This document shows, in pieces, positions 54,605 to 64,000 of a stretch of DNA of 64,000 nucleotides. Made by a program: the position numbers and the translations under genes. The stretch's first letter is position 1, and each line of letters begins with the position of its first letter. The notes under the pieces were generated by a model. That model made no database searches. It was given only the letters and a program-made list of their open reading frames with translations, and had not been told where the DNA came from. This DNA comes from the human T2T-CHM13v2.0 reference genome, Homo sapiens: assembly GCF_009914755.1 (NCBI RefSeq), contig NC_060936.1; one strand, given 5' to 3'.

Positions 54605-54814
54605 GAAGGAAGGAAGGAAGGAAGGAAGGGAAAGAAAGGAGGGAGGGAGGAAAGAAAGGAAGAAAGAGAAAGAGAAAGAGAAAGAGAGAAAGAAAGAGAG
54701 AGAGAGAGAAAGAGGGAGGGAGAGAGGGAGGGAGGAAGGAAGGGAGGGAGGGAGGGAGGAAGGGAGGAAGGAAGGAAGGAAGGAAGGAAGGAAGGAAGGA
54801 AGGAAGGAAGGAAG
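54462..54814. repeat. Compound (GAAA)n/(GGAA)n/(GGGA)n pure-purine microsatellite
   Basis: 353 consecutive A/G bases. Confidence 0.97.
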
Positions 54815-55961
54815 TCCTTCCCTGGAACTACAGATCAATGCAGATCACATGACCAAGCCATAAAGATGAATGGAAGGCCAAGCAGGCACAGGGTCCTCAG
54901 ACTGTTCCCCAGGAGAGCCTTTCTCACCTCTCCCCTTGCAGCTCTCCAGCCCCATCAGCCTCCTGAGCCATCTCCTCCTTCCAGCTCTTCCTGTCTATGA
55001 CAACCAGATCTCCCTCTCAGGAATCTCAGGTGTTGTACCTTGGGGTTGCATGCCTTGTGTGTAATCTTCTCGGCATTCTGTTCTTATTTTTGTCTTTCCC
55101 CAAGACAGTTATTTCAAAGTATTTTCATTTTGCACAAACAAGATGGTAAGTTCCTTGAGAGCCTATCTTACCCTGTGGTCAGCCAACATACTGGATAGCA
55201 GAATCACAGTCCTAGGTTCATCTCCACAGGCTGGAGTGCAGGTCCAACTTGCTTCCTGCAAGACAGAAAGTGAAACCAAATGAAAGCCAGGAGCCCCATC
55301 TGGTAGTGAGACCTACTGTGAGCTGCGCTGTCACATTGCAGCCCTATCCCTGCCACCAGCATCGACTCAGCCATGCCTGGCCTCTGCTCAAATCATCCTC
55401 TAATCTGGGCCTTTCACTTCAACCTGGGTCTTCTATGAGACCTTTAAGATCCCATGTCCCCTTACGACCACTTCTAAGGACATTTGGGGGCACTTGCCCC
55501 ACAGGCTGCGAAAGAAGCTTCAGCACTCTTGAAGCTTTGCAGTCTATTCCAAACTCCTCTGTCTATAAGCAAAAATTCCTGCTCCTTTAATGCCCTCACT
55601 ACCCGTCAAGAGCATTCTCTACCCCTCCTTGTTGCTGCCAGGCTACGACCTACTTACTGCTCACCTTCAATCTCTCTTGGTTCCTTCCCACGTATGTAAA
55701 TATGCTCAAGCCTCAGTCAGCTCCTCTGATGCCACCCATGTCTCACTTTCTCTAGAGAGACAAGCTTCTTCAAAGAGCAGACTGTAAACTTTGCCATTCA
55801 CTCATCTCCCATTCACTTTACAACCCTTGGCTCAGACTCTCCAGGGAAATAGTTTGGGCCAATGTCTCTGGAAGTGACCTTCTACTTTGATAATTTAACT
55901 GACATTTTTTACAGCCATTATCTTGTTTGACTGCAGTACATCTCTCTCCATCTCTCTGTGT

Positions 55962-56219
55962 CTTTTTTTTTTTTTTTTTTTTTTTTTTGGAGACAAGGTC
56001 TCACTCTGTTGCCCAAGCTGGAGGACAGTGGTGCAATCACAACTCACTGCAGCCTTGGCCTCCCTGGCTCAAGTGATCCTCCTGGCCTCCCAAGTAGCTA
56101 GTACTATAGACATGCGCTGTCACACCTGGTTAAATTTTTATTTTTTGTAGACATGGGGTCTCTCTCTGTTGTGCAGGCTGGTCTTGAACTCCTGGGCTCA
56201 AGTGATCCTTCTGCCTCCC
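55962..56219 (-). mobile_element. AluJ, partial, within L2-like sequence
   Basis: Poly-T followed by antisense Alu. Confidence 0.88.
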
Positions 56220-57047
56220 ACTCCATCTTTTCTTGATCTCTGGGATGCCATCCTCTGGTGGTTTTTAAGCCCTCCAGGCCCCTCCCTCCATTAACCCTGA
56301 AACAGGAGTGTCCCCAAGTCCAAAACTTGGTCTGCCCCTTCTGACTCCTTGATCCCGACTTCCCAAGCTCCCCATCATGGTGAATGACATCACTGGCCTC
56401 CCATACTTGGAGGCCTCTGCCTTCTGGAGGCCTTTCTGAGTCTGCTCTACCTTAAGCCCCATATTCAAGTGGTCCCCAAGTGCTAGCGACTCCAGCTTGG
56501 TGCCCTCTCTGCTATTGGGCTCTCTCTCTGTGCCCACTGTCACTGCTTTGGATCAGGCCCTCACCCTGGTCAAGCAGAACCACTGATGTCCCTTCCCTAT
56601 TGGTCTCAGTCTTGTCTCCTCCCAACTCATTCTCTGAAATGCAAGCAAAAGGGTATTTCTGAAACAAAAATCTCTGCCACTGTCTTTTTGAGGTTACCCA
56701 TTGACTTCAAAATCAAGTCTAAATTCCCTAGCATGTCACATAAGGCCCTGAAGGATCCGGACACTCCTTGTCTCTAAAGCCACAAGTCTCTCTGGCTAAC
56801 TCATCTCATTTCTCCAGAGTCTGACAGCCCCACCTTCAGGGCACCCACCCTGCACTGCCCCAGCTTCTGGCTAGGAGCTCTTCCCTTACACTCCATGAGG
56901 CCCCCTGGGCTCAGTGATCTCTACCCCTGCTGATGCTGTATTAGATTGCCCCTCACCAGGCCACTAGGCTATATACTCCTTGTCTTTTGCTTCTGTGTTT
57001 CCAGCAACTGTCATAGTGCCTGGGCCTTAGCAATTGCTCCAGAAATG

Positions 57048-57091
57048 TTGGATGGATGGATGGAGGGATGGATGGATGGATGGATGGATGG
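57048..57091. repeat. (TGGA)n at an L2 3' end
   Basis: Seen directly, after tagtgcctgggccttag...aaatgtt. Confidence 0.85.
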
Positions 57092-58115
57092 GTGAATGTT
57101 CTACTCTGTGGTCTCAAGCCCTGCCTCAAGTATATTATGGTTAGTTCTTGGAGTCAAACAAACTAGAAAGGTTTAGATAATGTCAAACAGTGCAATTAAG
57201 TGGCTTGAAACTATGTCGCTTGACAAGTTTAAAAGGGGTAGAGAATAGGGTAAGGGAAAAGGACTTAATATTTATAGGATAGCTACTTATGACATCTTAT
57301 TAGGCATTTTTAAAGATGTTATCTCATTTAACCACCATAAGAATACCCTGAATCAATATTATCTTCATTTTGTAGATCTGGAAATAAGGCATGAAAATAC
57401 AAACTTGGCTGAGGTTATGCAGCTAAGTGGCAAAGCCCAAATTTAAGCACAGGTCCCTGTCTGATTCCAAAACCCATGCTCTTTCTACTACCTTATGCCA
57501 AAGTTCTGCTCAGACCACCATGAAGGTTGACAGACAGGGGGAGGAGGCAAAGGGACCAGTGACAAGACTAATGGGATGTCCTAGTAAGAGTTCGAAATCT
57601 CAACAGGACAATGGCAGTGGGACTCTGAGACAGACAGAGTTTATGGGCTGCTATGAGGCAGCATTACCCAGGTCAATGTCCAGTTGGATGTGAAGGACAG
57701 AGAAGGAAGGGTGAGAGTGAATTTTGGGGCAACTGGACAGATGAAGGTGCCATTTCAAAGAGATTTGTTTTCCATGCACTCTGCAGGGTCATTACAGGGA
57801 GTCAGATTTCTGCTCTCTACAAAGAAGGACTTTCTGGTCAGAATAAAAGAGATGCCTGTAGAAGTAGAGGGAGATAGCACCAACTCATCACACCTTGGCT
57901 GGGACAGTGGACAGCAGGGTGCAGGCTCCAGAAGGTGAGTGATAGAGCAGATAGGCCTCCACAGGCATGGCCTTCAAGCCCGTGGCTCTGATTCACTCAA
58001 ATAGTATTGAATGAGTAGCAAAAGCAATGCTTTTTCTTTAGCTTTTTCTCAAGGTGACAAGAATGGGGTTTTTTAAGAATGGTTTGAGAGGATGGATTTA
58101 AAAGTTGAACTTTTA

Positions 58116-58489
<374 letters not shown>

Positions 58490-60832
58490 CTAACACCAGC
58501 TTTTAGCTTAGAAGGAAACACATGAACTTTCATATTAACTTCCTTTAAATTCAGTAGTACTCTCTGTATGATCAAATAAACTTATTTGGTTAAAATGGAA
58601 TGTTTTTGGTACAGATTTTTTTTAAGCAATCAGATTTCCCCTTTTCACTGCTTTGCACTTCGATGGTCTGATGTCTGGATCCATAGACAGTCTGATTGTC
58701 CCCAGGGCCCCTCATCAGTTTGGTCTTAGGAAATAGCAAGTGGCCAGTTTCCAGTTCAGACAACCAGGGAGCTCTACCCCAGCTTTCCTTGTTTATTACC
58801 AAGATCAGCCCTTGCAGTTCCAGAGAGGCAGTTTCCCTGAAATAGTGGGACATTTATACAGTGGCTCTTGTGGGACTGCAGCTTTTGCCAGCTGAAATGG
58901 TTGATAAAAGGGAGAATGGCAGTGGCTGGGACCCCAAAGCCATAGCCCAGCCACCTGACACCTCAGAGGCTTGTGGGAAATATTGAAGCACCAAAGAAAA
59001 GCTAGACTTAGAAATGAGCTTGGGATCATTTCACAGGTGAGGAAACTGAGGCCCAAAGAGCTGAAGGAAATGTGGGCTGCTGGGCTGCTCCGTACCTCCA
59101 GGTGGACATGCACCCCTTCCAAAGTCCCAGATCAGAGTCTTCTCCCCACAGCCCCACCCCACTCACTGCCCCCAGCAACTGGAAGCCTTTGTGTGGGCTG
59201 CCCTGGGAAAAACTGAGGAGGGAAGTTGTGCAGGCCTGAGCTGGAGCCCACCCCCATGGCAGGCCGGCAGTGTGGCTGTGTGTTTGTTTCCCTGCAGAGG
59301 CACAGAGACACCTTGCAATCCCACCTCAGCAGCCGCCTTTGCCTCAATCTCCTTGGTCATTGCACTGAGTTATTCATGAGGTTAATGATTCTGCTTTCAT
59401 ATAAGTCAGCCTGACAACCTGCTCTTTGAAGCATTAAAAGAAAACAAACAAACAAAAAATGCTGTAATTAAATACTGTGTCTTCAAAGTGCCTCTTTCCC
59501 TGAGATGGCAGTTAAGCTGGAGGGGAGCCAGGATGAAAGTTCAAACGCAAGTCCTTTTTGTCCCCAGGGGCACATTTCAGGCTCTTGTGCCTCAATGTTT
59601 TCCAAAGTGGCCAAAACAACAGAACCTGGGCAATGGGGTAGGAAAACTCCATATCTTTTATATCCAGCCCAGACCAGTTAACGTGACAAATTGGCGGGAG
59701 CCTGGCCTCCTGTGGGCCCTGGTGCCTGCTTCCTGAGGACCAGGGATCTAAGCAAACAGAGGCGAGCTCATGGATCCTCCCAGGCAGGGAGGGGAGGGCT
59801 GGAGATCACGTTAATCTGCTGCTGCCGCTGCTGCTGCGGCCAAGTAAGGCCCAAACTCAACTTGGAAGATGTCCTCTCCTGGAGGGAAGCCTGGGCCATG
59901 GCTAGCAGGATTGTCTTTCTTTCCTTCTTCCTTACCAGAGAGGCTGCCAAAGCCAGACGCAAGACCTGACAGACTCAGTGCAGAAATAAATGTCTCCTCC
60001 TAGATGCTGACAGTCTGTGGAGATGGACATGTGCCTTTCCCCATCTGTTTTTAAATATGTATTTTTAAGCTAAATTTAAGACATGGAGGAGGAGGAGTGG
60101 AAAGGCTCTCTATTGGTAAGATAAGGAGAATGTCTTCCATCCCCGTCCATTCCAAAACACAGTCACAATATCTCATCCTCACGATGGAATAACTGCTATT
60201 CAATATAATTTTTGAATCAGTCATTTTGAGCATTATTATTTCAGCTTTATTAATAAGGTGTGTGCAGTAGATGCTACACTCCCAGCCCCGGGGTTTCCCC
60301 CCTCCCTACTGAGCTGCACTCCAACAGCACTGAAGTAGCCCCATCCTAAGCACCCTGTGAAGTAGCTGAGGACCAAGCAGGTGAGCTGAGACTCATGGTC
60401 CCATCCACAGAAACTGACTCTGTTCCCCTTACGAGAATAAATAGAATGCATTGGAGGAAATCAGGCTGCTCCCAGACCTGACAAGAAGGCATGGAAGAAA
60501 GCAAGCAAGTTCATGCCGCAGGAAGGGATCTGGACAGCATAGTGACCACCACTCCTGTCATTGTCAGTGCAACCCCCCACCCCACTACCTCTACTGGAAT
60601 CACTCTCAATTGGGCCTGCATCTTTGCATTATTCTTAAGACTTGAAGACCTAGGCATGAGCACCTCACTCCCTCTCTGCCAGGAGTCAGTCATAGCATCT
60701 GGCTTTTTTAGCTTCCCAGTGGGAGACAGACCCTGCCATGGAAGCTCACACAGTAGTGGATCACCAACACGGAAGGGGGTTCATAGGCTGTGCAGCCAAA
60801 ACAAACAAAAGACAGCCACACAGTAGGTCAAC

Positions 60833-60925
60833 TGTTATCCCCATTTTACAGATGAGGAGACTGAAGCCCACAGCTTCATTATATTAAGTGACTTGCTCAG
60901 TGTCACACAGCCACTAAGAAATGTC
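60833..60925. mobile_element. MIR
   Basis: tatccccattttacagatgaggagactgaag...aagtgacttgctcagtgtcacacagc. Confidence 0.8.
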
Positions 60926-62949
60926 ACGCCTCTCATGGGTCGCTGTGCTTTGCTCATCAAATCAGGACAAGCTATATGGAGAGAGAGAGAGCTTCGTTTG
61001 CAGCCTTGCTTTGATAGGTGCCACCCACCTCTGAATCTGAAGACGGTGCCCTCTAGGTTGAGAATATCCAATACAAAGCAGGTGTTTCCATGCTGACAGA
61101 TGGTTCAGTACAGCCAGGCTCAGCCTTTCCCCCTCTCTCCCCATTCCTGTGATCTTTCTCTGGCTCCCTCTGGCCCCATCACCAAAGTATCCACAGCACA
61201 ATGAGGTTAGGGAACTGAGCAACCTTCTGGCTGGGGAGCTGTACGAGGCCGAGCAATGGACAAGTTGGGAGGGGGCAGGAGCCTTGTGCTAAGGTGGGGG
61301 GGCTTCATTTAACCAGAGGCTGCTGGGAGCTTGGAAGGGTTTTCAGCAGGGGAGTAACCTTTTAGGAAGTGGGAGAATGGATAGGAGGGAATAAAGAGTG
61401 GATGTGAAGAGGCTTATTAATAGGCTTCTGGTAGGCAAGGGGTCATAGTGCAGATGGAGAAAAGTGAGCGAGTCAAATACTAAACAGGTGGAATTCAAGG
61501 TATCGGTGATTGATTAGACACAAGGTGGGTAGGGAGGGGGCAAAGGGGAAAAGTCAAGCTGCTTGGACAGCTGAGAGCTCTAAGAGAGACAACCCTAGTA
61601 GATAAACAGGTAAAAGAAAGTGTGATGCTTCTGGAGTTGAGGGCTCAGGAAGGATGTCTGGAAATGGAAAGGTCAAATACAGCCTCTTGCTTCGTCAGTG
61701 TGGATCACTCCCTTTCCTGCCTCTCTGTTCCTCCAGCTGAAAGCTGTGGCCAGTCAGCTTCTGACTTCATCACCAGGTGTTACAAAGCAAGTTAACTGAG
61801 CAAGGAGGAAGCCCCTGGCAGGTAGCAGAACAAAGCCAGGAGACCTGGGCTCTCCCATTGGTTCAGCTGCAAACTAATTCAGTGGCCTTGAGCAAATCTG
61901 GGTCTTGGTTTGCTGGCCATCACTAACATTCCAGGGGTTTATGAATGAAATGTGAGGAGGTGAACTGCTACGTAAATGTTTACTGTTAATAACCAACCAT
62001 ACACAAAACACCTGTGAATCACCTGGGCAACACAACGGTTTTAAAAATCTTAAGTGGCTCTTGTTCTTCTGATTCATCAGGTTCTACGCATTTAACTTCC
62101 AGAACAAATTTAGCCCTCAAAATATCTTGGTACATTTTCTACCCATCTCTTACCCTTTAAATCCTCCATTGTTTAAATGACACGTCACCATTTCTGCACA
62201 CCTGTTACCCAGCACACCCTCATCCTTTTCCTCTTGAAGCAACCAGCCCAGCCCCACCCACGCTTTCTCCAGAGGAGACAAAAGGCACTGGAGACTCTGC
62301 CTTGCTGGGTCTGCTCCAGCCATGTCCTAAAAGAGAAACCGGCAGAGCAACTCAGGCAGGGGCAGGGAAAGCAGGGCAGGGGAGTGGGAGAGAGGGGAAG
62401 TTAGCAGTCAGTGAATAGGTGCAAGGTAAGGTTGGCAATTAAAATAATTTCCACCTACATACACGGCAGCTTTGAAGGCACAGGATGGGGGAAGATTGCC
62501 ACAGGATGCCAACTGCGGCATCCATTTTAAGACTTTCTGTTCACTGGCATCAGCAGCCATTGGGTGGACCAGCTTGGAATCTTAGCCCATTCTATCGCTT
62601 ATATGGACCATTATCTGCTCTAAGTATGACTAGAACCAAGGCTGGCACTGTCCTGCCAGAAGCATTTTCCTTAGCCACTCTCAGTTCATGGTCACTTAAA
62701 AAAAAAAAAAAAAGAGCAAAAATTGCCTCTGAAATATCTAGCAATTCCCTTAAATGCAGGGCTTAGAATAAGCTATGAAGTTTGCTTAAGAAAGGGCTGA
62801 AGAGCCTTTCAAAGTGTTTGCACTTGAGAAATGGAAAACTCAGAAATGTTTGCCTCCTCTGGCAGCCTCAGCTATGGGCTCTTCTGCAGTTGGCTGGGGC
62901 TTAGATGGGAAATTCTTTCAGAGCAACAGGTGCCACCATCGTGAAAGCT

Positions 62950-63185
62950 AATAAGAATGATAGAAAATGTTTATTGAGCACTTACTATGTGCCAGGAACT
63001 GTTCTAAGCATCTGCATGCGTTAACTCATTTACTCCTCACAACAACTGCATGAAGTAGCAACCATTATTTTTCTTCATTTTACAGGTAGGGAAATCCAGG
63101 TACAAAGAGGCTAAATATCTGGCCCCAAGTTCCCCAGCTGGTAAGCAGCAGAGCTGGGATGTGAAACCAGGCAGGTGGCTTCAAA
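62950..63185. mobile_element. MIR
   Basis: tttattgagcacttactatgtgccagg...cattttacaggtagggaaa. Confidence 0.8.
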
Positions 63186-63530
63186 TAAGGCCTCTCTGAA
63201 GATAAAGCACATCCAAAGTTACTCAAGGAAAAACAAGTTGAGTAGGTGAGATTTTGATCTCTTATTCTTCTTCTCTTGCCAGGTGCCATTCTAAGCCCCT
63301 TCAGTGATGAGAAGAATAATTCTCGAAGCCTCACTAGAGAGATGTGTGAGTGACAATATGGAACGAAGGCCTGATGGTGAAGTTTCAGAAACTAGTTCCT
63401 GAGAGTGGTTCATATGTTAAGCTGAGGTGAAATTACCAACCCCCTTTAAATTATGTCATGCTACTTCGATGATACATAAAGTTTCTCCTACTCTGCCCAG
63501 CTCCTCTTCCTCACCCTCCCTAAACATTTA

Positions 63531-63906
<376 letters not shown>

Positions 63907-64000
63907 TTATTCTTTTGTGAATAACACGAGAACTGGACATGTCTCTGCATTCCCGGCAATTTCTTGAATTAGCTCATATTGAGTGACTAGCTTTTATGAA

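Noticed and set aside
54385-54863. Long K/E/R/G-rich ORFs
   Set aside because: Translations of the purine microsatellite.

Overview
Primate, almost certainly human, genomic DNA: Alu, L1PA, MIR, L2 and many primate ERV LTRs are recognisable. I find no intact protein-coding gene and cannot name the locus. The window is repeat-dense and looks intergenic or intronic. Main contents: (1) an orphan CpG island at ~7.04-8.22 kb; (2) a gap-free 184-bp direct duplication (11768-11951 / 13512-13695) with a hairpin and an NF-kB site; (3) about ten solo LTRs, most with visible TSDs; (4) an 8.5-kb internally deleted ERV1 provirus (28286-36753, LTR9/HUERS-P3-like) with a GGGC TSD, a perfect tRNA-Gly(GCC) PBS, decayed gag/pro/RNaseH/IN/env remnants and five nested insertions; (5) a 5'-truncated L1PA with a 3' transduction (41310-42526); (6) a 5'-truncated PPIA processed pseudogene; (7) a 353-nt pure-purine microsatellite. 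Repeat subfamily names are from remembered consensus sequences and need Dfam/RepeatMasker confirmation. The sequence alone does not establish a novel biological system. The best leads are the duplicated hairpin/kB unit, the L1 transduction and the ERV-borne regulatory sites.
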